A stretch of 64,000 nt of DNA from NCBI GenBank assembly GCA_010093605.1, contig MU004203.1, forward strand, positions 512,391 to 576,390, given 5' to 3'. Each line of letters starts with the position of its first letter. Positions within the stretch are counted from its first letter, which is position 1. The position numbers and the translations under genes were made by a program. Below, piece after piece: positions 22,433 through 34,995 of this stretch. The notes under the pieces were generated by a model. It was not told where the DNA came from, searched no databases, and saw nothing but the letters and a program-made list of their open reading frames with translations. The DNA comes from Lophium mytilinum (lineage: Eukaryota).

Positions 22433-25400
22433 ATGGCCACCAACGTCCCCGTTACCCTCGACACCCTCATCACCATCAAGATTGCTATCCAGGGCAGCAA
22501 CCGCAAGTTCAAGATCCCGCTGAGAGACCTGGGCGCCCACGTCCTGCCCGACAAGGTGCGTTGTCCGCCGTGCTGCCGGCTGTTGCACCAGGCTACGCAA
22601 GCTCTAGGCTGCTGCCCAGCTTCGAGCAAGCTGTGCATCAAGCTCCCCATCATCAACTAAAGCTGACCTGCGTGCCTCTTCTAGCTGCGAGCCCTCCTTG
22701 CCATCCCCGCTGGCCAGGAAGTTGTCTTCGAGCGCTACTCCGACAGTGCCGGCGCCTACATCACTCTCGACTCAGAGAACGCGCAGGTGTACAAGACGCT
22801 ATTCCGTGCCGCCAAAGCGAAGCTCAAGCTGCGTCTGAGGGCCATCATAGTCGCCCAGGACGCCGAGCCGTCCGCGTCCGCACCCGCCCCGGTTCCAGTG
22901 CCCGCGGCTCAGGCTCCGTCGTCCCGCTACAGCCTCGACGCCCCCTCCTTCACCACTCTACCCGGCGTGCCTGCACTGAGCCCGCCGACCGTTGTCCGCT
23001 CGTGTGTCCCGCCGCGTCCCGCTGGAGCATACAACTACAGCCGTATGGCTGCCTTCAACAAGGCCATGAGTGAGATGAACCAGCTCGCGACCCCGCAGCA
23101 GCCTGCTGCCGATAAGGCCGATGCTGAGGGAGAGGCTCCCGTCCCCCGCGCGTTTACCGCTCGCGAGAGTAAGTCCAGTGCCTGTATCGCTATGTGTCCA
23201 TGTTGCTGACTGCTGCCAGACTTCTTCACCAACCTCAACGACATGCCGCGTGCGGCCGATCTTGCGTTCCGCATGAAAGATGCTGCCCCTCCCCCACCGC
23301 CTTCTAATGCCTGCTCCTGGGTTGTATATTGCAACAACTGTGATAACCCGATGGCGAATGAGCATTTCCACTGCAGCATCTGTGACCGCGGAGACTATGA
23401 TCTTTGCGCGTCTTGCGTTGATGCCGGCATCCACTGCCCGGGTGCCGGCCACTGGATGGTTAAGCGCTTTGTGAAGAACGGCACCGTCGTCAACAGCACA
23501 ACCGAGCGCATTGGACCCAAGGCTAAGGTTGAGCCGGAGAACGACATGCCCGGAGCCTTTACCGAGGAGAAAAAGCCAGAGATCGAGGAGCAGGATTTGC
23601 CAACCCGAACCTGCAACTCTTGCGTCAAGGGTAAGGTTGGTCGGACTCGTTATATGCAAACATATCTAACGCTATCTCCAGTGTTCCCCGAGAACGAATT
23701 TGTCACTTGCACTTCCTGCGACGATTACGATCTATGCATGGACTGCCACGTGAGCACGAAGCATGGCCATCACCCTGGCCACGCTTTCAAGGCCGCGACT
23801 CCGGACACTAGCCTTACAGCTCTTGCTGACTTCCTTTGCTCTGAGGGCCGTAATGTTCGGCACGCAGCTGTTTGTGATGGATGCGAGAAGGTATTTACAC
23901 ATATCCTGTCTATATCTGCACTTGCTAACCGAAGCAGTTCATCTACGGTGTCCGCCACAAGTGCCTCAACTGCCCCGACTGGGACTACTGCTCCACTTGC
24001 ATTAAGAGCGCCAAGTTCATCCACCCTCAGCATCGCTTCGTTCCCATCTACGAGCCACTGCCAGAGCCCCGTGCCTCGGTCGTCCGACACTACGGCATCT
24101 ACTGCGATGGACCTCTCTGCAAGGACAAGGAGAGCCAGTCTTACATTGAGGGTGTTCGGTACAAGTGCGCCGTCTGCCACGACACGGACTTCTGTGCCAA
24201 CTGCGAGGCTATCCCTGCGAACCGTCACAACCGCACCCATCCTCTCATCAAGTTCAAGACTCCCGTCCGCAATGTCAGCGTGACTACCATGGGAGAAGAT
24301 AGGAACGGTTCCCCGATGACCACCATGGGTGATCTCCCTGCCAGGCGATCCACTGCGACGGAGACAGTCCCGGTTGCCCCGTCCGCTAACGCCGCAACCC
24401 AGGTACAGACCATCGTTGACATGAAGCCTGTCGAGGCCCGCCAGTCGAAGCCCAAGATCGAAATCAAGGACCTCCTTGCTGAGCCCATTCAGGAGAAGAT
24501 TCGAGTTCAAGACCTTCTCTCCACTCCTCCCCAAGTCGCTGAGCCCGTCGAGGAGAAGGCTTCCCCAGTTCAGGTATCGAGAGCGGAGAGTCCTGTCAGT
24601 GAATTGGCTGCTTACTTCGTTCGTGATACAATCCAGGACGGTACCAAGGTTGCTCCAGGATCTCGTTTCATCCAAGTGTGGACTCTTCGCAATCCCGGCC
24701 CTCGATCTTGGCCAGCTGGCTGCAGCGTTCGCTACGTCGGCGGCGACAACATGCTCAATGTTGACAACAGCCACCCATCCAGCGATTCCGACCTTGCCGA
24801 GGCCACCGAGAGCAACGTTATCGGACGTGCTGTTGAGAAGGGCGAGGAGATCTCTTTCCGCGTCTTGATGAAGGCACCCCAACGTGAGGGCACTCACATC
24901 TCCTACTGGCGACTCAAGGCTCCAAACGGAACACCCTTTGGACACCGCCTCTGGTGCCATATTGATGTTTCAGATGTTGCCACTGCTCCTGCCAGCCCGC
25001 CAACCCTTGCTCCCGTCACCCCCACTCCCATGAGCGCCGCCATCAAGTCGGATTACGAGTTACAGCTGTTCCTTCTCGAGACGCAGAACAAGAAGCGCCT
25101 CGAGGCCGCCCGAAAGGAGGCGTCTGATAAACTTGCCGCTACGGAGCCGATTGCCGCCGACACGCTCAGGGATCGACTGGAAACTCTTCGCACAAGCGCT
25201 GATCTCAATGAGGTCACCAAGATGAGCGTGAATCAGCAGCAGGAGTATGGCACGTCTCTGATGATTCAGGAGGGCGAGAAGAAGATCTGGGCGTTGGTAG
25301 CTAAGTTCCGAGAGGTCAAGCAGGCTCTCGACGCTGCTGCTAATGAATCTGCCGAGAAGGCGGAGCTTGAGAGGCAGCTTGCCTCGATTCAAAGGGGGCT

Positions 25401-25767
25401 TCAAGTGCATACTGCTGCATTGGCCAATAGCCGGGAGGCGATGGCCGGGCTCAAGGCGGAGTCCAAGCCGAAGGAGCAGGAGCCGGAGGCCGCGTCCCCA
25501 CCACAGGAGCCAACTCAGGAACTGCGATCTAAGGGCAGCGTTATGATTTTCCCCCAGCTTCCGAAAGAGTCGCCAGAGTCGAGCACGCACGAAGCTCAGG
25601 CCAAGAACGAGGTTGAGACTGAGGAGAAGGACGCTGAGGAGGGCTCGGAAGAAGACTTCTTTGAGGATGCCGAGAGCGTTGAGATGTTAGAAGGCAGCAG
25701 CGACGACGGCTTCTTGACTGATGAGGAGTATGATATCCTCGATGCTAGCGATGAGGAACAGGTCTAG
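22433..25767 (+). CDS. NBR1: NBR1-like selective autophagy receptor (PB1-like N-terminus, four ZZ zinc fingers, FW domain, C-terminal LIR/AIM); exons 22433-22555, 22685-23168, 23220-23630, 23682-23890, 23938-25767
   Basis: ZZ motifs (YCNNC..HCSIC..DYDLC; TCNSC..DYDLC; VCDGC..KCLNCPDWDYC; YCDGPLC..YKCAVCHDTDFC); FW domain (FVRDTIQDG..WTLRNPG..W..SYWRL..FGHRLW); acidic DEEYDIL. Confidence 0.9.
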
Positions 25768-26329
25768 ACATTTCAGAGTCTAGGGTAGGGGATGACTGGC
25801 CGGCGAATCAACTTGGTGCTGGAAACAGAGATGATCATCTCTGCTTCTGCTCTCTTCCAGCCACCACTCAGAGCCTGGAAGCTATGTAGCACTCACATCT
25901 CTGGCGTTTGCGGTTTTCCGATGTCTGGCTTATTCCCTAACTTGCCTTTCGGGATTGGGGGAGCTTAGGGACAGGGGTTTTGGGATAAGACACTCTTTTG
26001 ACACTACTCCATTAGGCGATCATGGTGCTAGGCTACTGGCGCTTTGGTCGTCTCATCACACATACACACGTTCACTGAGGGGAGGGGGGGGGAGTGGTTA
26101 GGGGAGATGCGAATTGGTTTTCGATTTCCTTATTGATTGAAACTCGAGTAGTTCTTTCTTAGTGGTTGCAATAGGAATTGTTTTGAAATTGACTTGAGAG
26201 TACGTGATCAACAGTGAATGAAAGACGTTAGAAGCGTCTACGGATTACGATGCAAAACGAGGCTGTTTCACCGCTTGTAGTCAAGTAGGAGCATGTGGAG
26301 CAGTGAAGCTAATGCCGGCACTTGCAGCG

Positions 26330-26359
26330 GCTCATGCTCGTGCTCGTGCTCATGCTCGT
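26330..26359. repeat. Hexamer microsatellite (GCTCRT)5
   Basis: gctcat gctcgt gctcgt gctcat gctcgt, intergenic. Confidence 0.8.
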
Positions 26360-27669
26360 CCCCGGACTCGATCCTGCATGTCAACTCGATGTTGCGTGTC
26401 AAGGCGGAGGCGGGACATCAATGGATATGAGGTCATACACCCGTTTGAAGCTAGAAACGTGGCAAGCAGCCCGACGCCGTGAATAGAAAGTTAGTATAGA
26501 TGCTATACCCAGGCACGTCCAGGTTCGCTAGTCTAGAAATATAAATGAAGGGAGTTAGGCGACTACTTTACGGTGGCGAGAACGCGCGTCGTTTAATGAA
26601 TCGCGATAGGGAATAGTGGTGCGTGCTGGGGACATGATAGGCTCACACTTGAAGTGTTGCAACGAATTCTCATAGCCGAGTGTAAAGATAGAACAGCTCT
26701 ATCTCATTCGGATGTTGAAGGGTACCCCAAGCAGTGGCATACACCCATAACCGCTTCGTCTGGTGTTAGAGTGCCACCTTTTTCATGCCCCCGTGATATG
26801 TCAGGGTCAGCCTCGGTTCGGGGCGTGGCAGAAGCTTGTTTTCAACGACGACCATCCCGCATCTAGACGGGAAGTAAACGGATTGGGTGTGCAGGGCCCC
26901 TGGTGGTGGAAGTGGAGAGGGTGTGGATGGATGAGGCGAAGCGCCGGGAGCGAGTGGGCGCGAGACGGGATGACGTTGCTGAGGAAGACGAGGGTGTGAA
27001 GCTTCGTGTTTGCGAACAGACACTGTGAGTACAGAGCACGAGCTCTGGTCCTGCTCATGGAGCGTGAGGCTTGAGATTTTCTTGCATTTCACGTGCTCTG
27101 TCGTACAAAAGCACAGTACCAAACATCCCTCATCTCCTGCCTCTCTCTCTCTTTCAAGCAAAGCATGACAAGACACCCCACGCTCGAAACAACAAGGCTA
27201 CGCGGCAAGTACCTGACCCAGTTTCATGATAGGACACGCCACGAGGCCATGGCGTCCGCACATCAGTGGGCGAATGGCCGTGGCGCCTGCGCTGGAGATC
27301 AGCTGCCACTTCCCCGTTGGCATTCACGGGGCGGCAGATGGTTGATTCGGTGCCTGCATCTGCCATCAGTACCCATGGTACCTAGGGAGGTAGTAGCCCT
27401 GGAGCTGTAGCCACCTGCCCACCAGCCCAACGTCATGGCCACTGCCAGCACGGCAAGAGCACGCTGAGGCCGCTGTATAACTCAGGCTGTCATCTCTTAC
27501 TTCTAACACACTATACAAACTCCCTCAAACTTCTGCACTTCAACGCACCTTTCTACACTTTCAATCTAGCGATTCCTTTCCTATAGATCCTACAACCGTA
27601 CAGTGCATCTTCGTAGCCGGTCCTCAAATACCCTTCATTCCTACCCCATCGCCGGCATCCGAAGTCGAC

Positions 27670-29254
27670 ATGAATTCCCTCACGCGTATCCCACTGATCA
27701 GGAACCCGAACTACAAGCCGGGAGGCCTGAAGTCGTATGCCTACCTCCTGAACAAATGTGAGTTACCGTGGCTTCTCGGAGCACTGCACAAGATACTTCT
27801 CTTGATGCCCTGGCAGTATCACTGACAATCTCCAGACCAGTTTGCTCCCACCCTCGAAGGCCCCTTCCAGATGGTCAACGAGGTTCTCCAGAGGGGCAAG
27901 ATTCTCGAGCAATTCGGCGTGGACCCTGCGGACCAGGAGAGCTTCGCCCGTGATCTCCAGCAGCTCACCAAGGAAGGAGGCAAGTTCAACTTGAAGAAGC
28001 TCATCGGCGGCAAGGCGAAGGTCAAGCCGCGCCAGCTGGTGAAGAAGGATACCACTACGGGGAAGCCCGGGCTTGTTGGTGCACAGGACCAGCAGAACGA
28101 CTCTGAGTAAGCCCTCAAAGCTGAGTTGAGACTCTAGATTTCTTTCTAACGCAGATGCAGGTATCTTTGCCCCGTGCAAATCGGTACTCCAGCCCAGACC
28201 GTCAACTTAGACTTTGACTCCGGCTCCTCTGATCTCTGGGTACGTTCAACTTCCCCAACTCATCATACACCACCCTCCTAACAAGCTTGCTTAGGTCTGG
28301 TCCACTGAGCTCGACAAGCAAACCCAGGCCTCTGGCGCCAAAACCCACCATATCTTCAATGCCTCCAAGTCCTCGACCTACAAGAAGTCCTCAGGCTCCA
28401 CTTGGAAGATCTCCTACGGCGACGGGTCCTCTGCCTCAGGCATCGTGGGAACCGACAACGTAACCGTAGGCGGCCTAACCATAAAAGCGCAAGCCATCGA
28501 GCTCGCCAACAAACTCTCCACCGAGTTCCAGCAAGGCGCGGGTGACGGCCTCCTCGGCCTCGCCTTCGGCAGCATCAACACTGTCAAGCCGAAGCCCGTC
28601 CAGACCCCCGTAGAGAACATGATCACGCAGCAAGACATCCCCAAGACGGCCGAGCTCTTCACCGTCTACCTCGGCAGCTGGCGCGACGCCGACGAGGACG
28701 ACAAGGGCGAGAGCTTCTACACCTTCGGCTACGTCGACCAGGACATCATCACCAAGAACGGCGGCAAAGCCCCCTACTACACCCCCGTCGACTCCTCGGA
28801 CGGCTTCTGGAAGTTCAACTCTGCGTCGGCTACCGTCAACGGGAAGACCATCGCGCGTGCTGGCAACACCGCCATCGCCGACACGGGCACCACCCTCGCG
28901 CTCGTCGACGACGCGACGTGCAAGGCTATCTATGCGGCCATCCCCGGCGCGGTGTACGACAACACGAACCAGGGCTGGACTTTTCCCACTGGAACGGCGG
29001 CGGCCAAGCTGCCCGTCGTGACGTTTGCGGTCGGCGGGCAACAGTTCGCAGTGCAGAAAGAGGATCTCGCGTTTGCGAGCGTCAGCAGCACGATGGTGTA
29101 TGGGGGCATCCAGTCGAGGGGTGATATGGACTTCGATATCCTTGGTGACACGTTTTTGAAGGGCATTTATGCCATCTTCGATCAGGGGAACACGAGGTTT
29201 GGCGCTGTTGCAAGGATTGAGAAGAATCAGAATGTGTCGGCGCCGCCGCAGTAG
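27670..29254 (+). CDS. Pepsin-like aspartic protease (A1, aspergillopepsin-like); exons 27670-27757, 27836-28106, 28161-28239, 28295-29254
   Basis: [11 protein letters not shown], catalytic [11 protein letters not shown] and IADTGTTL, flap [21 protein letters not shown]. Three canonical introns keep the frame. Confidence 0.95.
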
Positions 29255-30134
29255 GTGAGGTGGGCGATTGGGGATGGGGTGGGTGGAGTAGGCGCTTTTA
29301 ATATGGTATGATTGACGAGTATCAACGAACGAAAGGGAATGGGATGGATGGCTGGGTTTCTGGGTCATTGTACTAATGCTTGTATACCTTTCCTGTGGCT
29401 TTGAGAATGGCGAAGGGAGGTAGTCCATGGGCACAACGATATCGAATCCTATATGACTTTGACACAATGGCAAGGCCGTGACAGACCTCATCTCACGTGT
29501 GCGCGCTGACTCACCTCGCTTGCTCTATCACACAGCTTCGGCCTCGCCTCGCGGGACTGGGGAGTGGATCAAATTTCCTATGGCGTGCCACTTGATGAGT
29601 GGGCTCTGTGAGGAACGTCAAAAAGAAAGGTGTGCAATAGTAGTTGGATCAAACTGCATGGCGTAGAATGCAATGTGTGCGGTGGAGGGGTTGGATCAAC
29701 GTACAGCAACCCTCGGCGAGATGCTGATGGCCGTTGTCTCAAGATGACGCGCCGTTCAGTAATTACCAGAAATCATGTTTGTAGTCTATTGAACTATTGA
29801 CGAGAAGGAATAGATGATGAGGATGGACATCAGTGACAATAGGGACGAAAATTGCCCTCATCGTGTGTCTTAGTCGGTCTAGTTTGGCGTCATTTGGAAC
29901 GATGAGTGAGAGCATTGCACGCCAGATGCGTCCAGAGACTCCTCCACGACTCTCACGCCACATGTGGTGATGAAGGGGTTTCTTTGAAACATGCCTCCAA
30001 CACCTCTCTCGTATCCAGCATAGAGCTCTGCAGCTTTTCATAGTTTTGTATTCTAGTTGTAGCTATCAAAAGTGACTTTCACTCGACTCTGCCGTACGCA
30101 CGTGCTTCCCTGTGATGAAGAGCCTCTACTCTTC

Positions 30135-31568
30135 TCATACTGACCCATTCTCATACCTCTCATCCACCTCCTCGTCCGAATCTTCATGCACCATCCCCCC
30201 CAGCCCATCTGTCTCGGCCCCAATCAACGGCGCTCTCTCGCCCTCATCCCTCGCTAAATGCCCCACAACACTGATTGCCAGCGTACTCAATCCATGCACC
30301 ATAACACTAGCCAGCACAACCGCACACACGACTGGCCAAACCAGCAGCACCGCCCTCTTCTTCGTTTCCGGGAGATTATGCGGCGGGTGCGGCAGCGGTA
30401 TCGACGCATCCGTCTCCAGCTGCGCCCGCGCTTCCATGACCAAGAACAATGCGCCAACGCCCATCGGCCCAAAGTGGCCGGTGAAGAGGGCCTCGTTAAA
30501 CGTCTTGATAGCTGGCATCCAGCGGTACAGCGCCAAGACGATAGGAAGGCGGCGAAAGACTAGGACGAGCACGATAAGGCCGACCAGTTTGCCAGGCGTA
30601 ATGCCCACCAAGTCGGAGCCAGCGGTGAAGGCGTGCCATGGGATAAGGGCGCCGAAGAAGACGAAAAAGGTGCTGTTGAGGAGAAGGTCAATGACCACTG
30701 GCAAGTTCTTTTCGCGGATGGGCGAGTTGCCAGCGTGGCCGAATCCAACGCCGGCGCCAAATGCTACGAGGAAGTCGTCGACACCGAGGGTGCTGGCGGC
30801 GCCAATGGAGAAGATAGCCAAGAGGAGGTAGAAGACGAGGTAGGATGCTCGGCAGACTATCTTGCGATTGTTTGAGAAGCGAAAGAGGCGGTTGGCGGCA
30901 TGGCCGAGGAATAGGCCGAGGATGATGCCGACTCCGCATTGGTAGAGGATGTGGATTAAAAGCCATTTTTTGAAGATACCGCCAACGGTGGCGCTTGTCA
31001 GGATGCTGATCCCAACGTAGAGGAACGGGAAAGAGACACCGTCGTTGCAGCCGGATTCGGCAGACAGCAGTAGGCGTAGGCGTAGAGGGACTCTTTCGGA
31101 AAATTGGGAATTGGATAGGACGCTGGCTGCGAGCACGGGGTCCGTAGGCGTCAGACATGCGGATATTATCAAAGCCGTGGGAATATCAGTTTCGAAGATC
31201 CAGTAGACGAAGGCAGCGCAAACGATCCATCCAAATGCCATGACTGGTCCGAGCAGCATTGTTAGACTTCTCCAGGTATTCTTAAAGTAGTCGTTTGGTA
31301 GCTCCAGGCCAACGGCGAAGCATTGGATGCCAACGATGAGTCTTGTGATTTCTTGAATCACATCATCCGTGAAGCCCCATTGTTCAGGGCGGAGGACGCC
31401 CGCGCATTTTGGACCAAATAAAATGCCAAATAAAGTTGCTAGAGGCGGTTCAGAGAGGTGCAGTCGATTTCTAATAAATAGAGAAAAGAGCGCATATGTA
31501 AGAAGGAAGATTGGAACGGTGAGATAGGTCAGATGTGGCCCAGAGGGCTCGAGCTGACTCCAAGCCAT
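30135..31568 (-). CDS. Alkali cation/H+ antiporter (CPA1; Nha1/Sod2-like)
   Basis: Multiple hydrophobic helices; TPTDPVLA, AESGCNDG, GVDD, RRLP and GHFGPMGVGA motifs. Likely start MAWSQL at 31568. Confidence 0.92.
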   Translation of the reverse strand: MAWSQLEPSGPHLTYLTVPIFLLTYALFSLFIRNRLHLSEPPLATLFGILFGPKCAGVLRPEQWGFTDDVIQEITRLIVGIQCFAVGLELPNDYFKNTWRSLTMLLGPVMAFGWIVCAAFVYWIFETDIPTALIISACLTPTDPVLAASVLSNSQFSERVPLRLRLLLSAESGCNDGVSFPFLYVGISILTSATVGGIFKKWLLIHILYQCGVGIILGLFLGHAANRLFRFSNNRKIVCRASYLVFYLLLAIFSIGAASTLGVDDFLVAFGAGVGFGHAGNSPIREKNLPVVIDLLLNSTFFVFFGALIPWHAFTAGSDLVGITPGKLVGLIVLVLVFRRLPIVLALYRWMPAIKTFNEALFTGHFGPMGVGALFLVMEARAQLETDASIPLPHPPHNLPETKKRAVLLVWPVVCAVVLASVMVHGLSTLAISVVGHLARDEGERAPLIGAETDGLGGMVHEDSDEEVDERYENGSV

Positions 31569-32030
31569 GATGGAATACTGCAAAGACGAAGTACCAAATC
31601 AGTACAGAACCTGATGCAATGTACTGCAGGGAGGGGGCTTAGGTTGGGTGGAAGCCAAGGTAAGAAGCTGATGGTGGGCGCTAAGACCAAACAATGGATC
31701 GATGACGGAGGCGGAGGCGGGCCGTCCAAAGAACACTAGTATAAGAGACTAGAGCTAAAGCTGAAAGCCATACAAGACTTTCATCTAGATCTTAAGTGAC
31801 TACGCCCGAAGACACCTTTTCTGTTCTTGTTTGAAAGCTTATAAGATTGCGTTCAGTGCGCTCAGTGACTCACAAACCCTCGTTACATGCAGCAACAGGG
31901 ACGTTTGGTAAAAGCCTCAACCTAACTTTTCTCACGATCCTACAGTGTCGAGCAGCCCTTGCTTGAACTGACCGCGAACCGAACGTTGCTGACAGTGGGG
32001 GGAATACGGCTGAGTAGAGACGATCAAGAA

Positions 32031-33437
32031 TCAGGACCTCCAAGACGGGGGTGGTGGGATGAAACCACTGAGTCCTACCGAGTATCCGGACCACTCCTCA
32101 ACCTTGAAGTCGACGTCTGGTCCAAATTTGTCTTCCAGATGCTCCTTCCGGTACCATACATCGTTGGCTTCGGCTTCACGAGACATAACTTTTCTCGGGG
32201 GTGCTGTGACCTGAACTTTTCCGAGCAACGGAAAATCGGTCTTGTGCGACGAGGCCAATGTAGACAGGCATGGCACGATGTCATCGTCACATGCGCGTAT
32301 GACCAGCTTTTTAAGCGAAGTCGGAAGAAGCTCAGTCCAGGGACGACTGGAACTCTGAAGACCTGGCGTTGTCGTCATGAAAGCTGTTTGTTCACAGTCC
32401 AGAGTAGCCAGCTTGCGGAACGGTCGAAGGTCTCCAAGTCGAAAGTTCCCGGCTACGAGCATGTGTACTAGCAATTGGACTCTGTGGGGGTCCCATCCAG
32501 ATTGCAAGCCCAGCTCCAAGTGTTCGAGTGTTTCGCAGTGTCTACTGAGCACTTTGATCAACTGACGAGCGTCGAACTGATCGATGCTTAATCTTGGAGC
32601 GGCCCTGTAATGATGGGTATATTTGAACGACTTCAATGCTTTGCAGCTTGTGATGAGAGCTGTGATTGCCTCGATGCTAAGGATGCTCCACTCTAGGTTA
32701 ATGGAGGTGATTCCGAACGCTGCTATATTTTGCTCGGCAAAAGCGTTGAAATTGGCGGCTGTCCAGAGGCCATTCTGGCTTTGGCATTGATAGGCTTCGA
32801 ATATGCGCAGTGATGGCAATCCGAGAAATGGAGCTAACGTTCCGACTTGAAAGCCTCCCTCTCCAGCCCCATTCTCAACACAGAGCCTTGTAAGGGAATG
32901 ATACATCGCAGGAAGACCATGTCTAGCCTTTTGAGCTTCGTTGGAGACAAAATGCCAACGAAGACGGGTGGATGGTGGCATGGCAAGGTGGAGCTCACGT
33001 AGGTTGGGCAACTGGGAAACAAGGAGCATCACCTCCGCGTCTTCGACACCTCGGATGATCGATTCGTACCAGTCGGGCTCAGAGTTGAGAGAGACATACC
33101 GGCCCGCATCAACAAACAGCTGAAGATCTTCGCGGCGGGGTGGATCTGGTTCGTTTAAGAAGGAGTAGATATCTGCAGCCGTTCTCCATACTCTGATCTT
33201 GGCAGTCCGGGTGTAAGAAGCGAGCATAGGATCTCGAAGAATTGTGCGAAGGAAAGGTCGGAAGGAATATGCTTGTTGAAACAGCTCGTAGGAGTAGAGC
33301 CCATAGAGAGTAGCCTTCGTAATGTTGCGAACCCTTCGAGATACGAGCGACAGATTGCACAAGTCAGTCTTGTGCCCACTCAGGTTAGACACGACCTGGT
33401 CGACAAGCTCGTTGGGCAGATCAAGGAGTTCCGGCAT
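32031..33437 (-). CDS. F-box protein with LRR-like C-terminal region, 468 aa
   Basis: N-terminal LLDLPNELVDQVVSNL...DLCNLSLVSRR; LxxL repeats (LPNLRELHL, LPSLRIF, LEHLEL, LPTSLKKLVI). Confidence 0.8.
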   Translation of the reverse strand: MPELLDLPNELVDQVVSNLSGHKTDLCNLSLVSRRVRNITKATLYGLYSYELFQQAYSFRPFLRTILRDPMLASYTRTAKIRVWRTAADIYSFLNEPDPPRREDLQLFVDAGRYVSLNSEPDWYESIIRGVEDAEVMLLVSQLPNLRELHLAMPPSTRLRWHFVSNEAQKARHGLPAMYHSLTRLCVENGAGEGGFQVGTLAPFLGLPSLRIFEAYQCQSQNGLWTAANFNAFAEQNIAAFGITSINLEWSILSIEAITALITSCKALKSFKYTHHYRAAPRLSIDQFDARQLIKVLSRHCETLEHLELGLQSGWDPHRVQLLVHMLVAGNFRLGDLRPFRKLATLDCEQTAFMTTTPGLQSSSRPWTELLPTSLKKLVIRACDDDIVPCLSTLASSHKTDFPLLGKVQVTAPPRKVMSREAEANDVWYRKEHLEDKFGPDVDFKVEEWSGYSVGLSGFIPPPPSWRS

Positions 33438-33779
33438 ATCGGAGTGTATTGAGAGTGTTGACCTTGCTGGTCGACGTGCACCGAGGATGTCTATGGATCG
33501 GATAAGAACTTGGCCCGTGCATAATGTATCATGGCTTCATTTCAATTTCTCTACTCATCGCAAACTTGGAAAAATCTTGCATATTACTACTTTCATTGAT
33601 TTCAAACTCTTAGTTTGCAGCGTATTGAATATGGGGTCTATAGGAAGATCCATGTGATATCACTACAGGTTCCAGAGATAGTGGATACGACGGTGTATGT
33701 GTTTTACAAATTTACAAACTTGCTGTACATGAAGTGACGTCCAAAATCCTATTATACATCCTGCATCTATGCAAATCAA

Positions 33780-34995
33780 TCATGACGGCAGTCGTTGCTT
33801 TCCCCTAGCAGCCTCCACCATTTCTAGTTCTGGAATCTGCATCTGACTTGAAAGCACCCTTTCCACAAGCTTCGCACCATCCAGCAGGTTGCCGCTCTGC
33901 TTCAACCCCGAATCTAGCTCCAGCTGCTGCAGCCTCTTTGACTCCAGATACTGCTTCCTCTCCGGAGTCAAGATCCATTCCTTGGGGAATTCAAATCTCG
34001 CCTTTGGTTTGTGATGGCGGAAGTCGAAGGGTACATCTATGAAAGTGTCTTTGCCGTCGCGTGCCTCTTTGACGAGATTGTTGACGGTTTCTCGTAGGTA
34101 CCGCTTATTCTGAGCCTGTGTTCCAAACATCTCGCAGCTCATCTTCACGATGTTGGTCGAAGGGTTGTATCGTGGCCCAGCAAGTTTGATGAGCTTGTCC
34201 GTTTGCAATTGGGTAAGGCCCGGCATGTCGGAAGTGCAGAATTCGACGACCACCTTCTTCGCAGCCGGGTGCTCTTCGCCTAGGTAGGTAGTGTAGCGGA
34301 ATCGTAGTGGCTGTGCGGCCGATGGGACCTCGAATGGTCTGGCAAGCTCTTTAGGTTCCGTTAGTGTTTGGTGTGGTGTGAGCGGGTGAATTGCATTTCT
34401 TACTGCTCAACATTGGCAACTCCCATGCAGCGAGTCTGGCGTACTCCCTCAGCTCCCGGTGTTGCTCCAGTTCTCCGTGGCCCAAAGCAGATATGTCGTC
34501 GCCGAAATAATCCTCGTCGCCCAAATGCTCGTCTTCACCAGAGTCCCAGAAGTCGTTACCTACCCTCGGCTCCGGCGCTCTTGTGATCATGTTGTACTCT
34601 TCCTCATCACTAAGCCCTTCGTCCTCGTTGTAGTGCTGGTCCATTAATTCCTTGTTCTGCTCAGAGGATTCGTCGGCAGCGTCGTCGAACCCCTCGGGAA
34701 TAGCGTCTAACTCCTTCGTCAAGGCATCGGGATGCACAGTCGATAGCGCGTCAAGAAAGCGCCGCACGGCCTCGTCCTCAAGTTCGTTTTGCGTGTCTGC
34801 ATCCAGCTCAATTCCCTTGGTGAAATCCTCGACCCTTTCGTCCCTGGCATCGTCCTTGGGATCTTCTTCACGACGTGGAGCAGTGGTGGAGAGGCGCCGC
34901 TGCCAGGGGATCGCAGAGAGCGGTGTATAACGGGGGGTGGTGGGTATAGGACATCTTCGGGCGCAGAGCACCAGTCTCCTCGCTATTGCTGCCAT
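33780..34995 (-). CDS. RSM24: Mitochondrial small ribosomal subunit protein mS35/Rsm24; exons 34995-34404, 34348-33780
   Basis: Arg-rich presequence; ELEQHRELREYARLAAWELP, PLRFRYTTYLGEEHP, KLIKLAGPRY, QNKRYL, DVPFDFRH. Confidence 0.93.

Noticed and set aside
23770..24960. 396-aa antisense ORF
   Set aside because: Lies wholly opposite NBR1 exons; explained by codon bias; no recognisable motif.
28475..29491. 338-aa antisense ORF (also 30112-30831, 43134-43955, 6521-6910, 16574-17077)
   Set aside because: Shadow ORFs opposite GC3-rich, well-supported genes.
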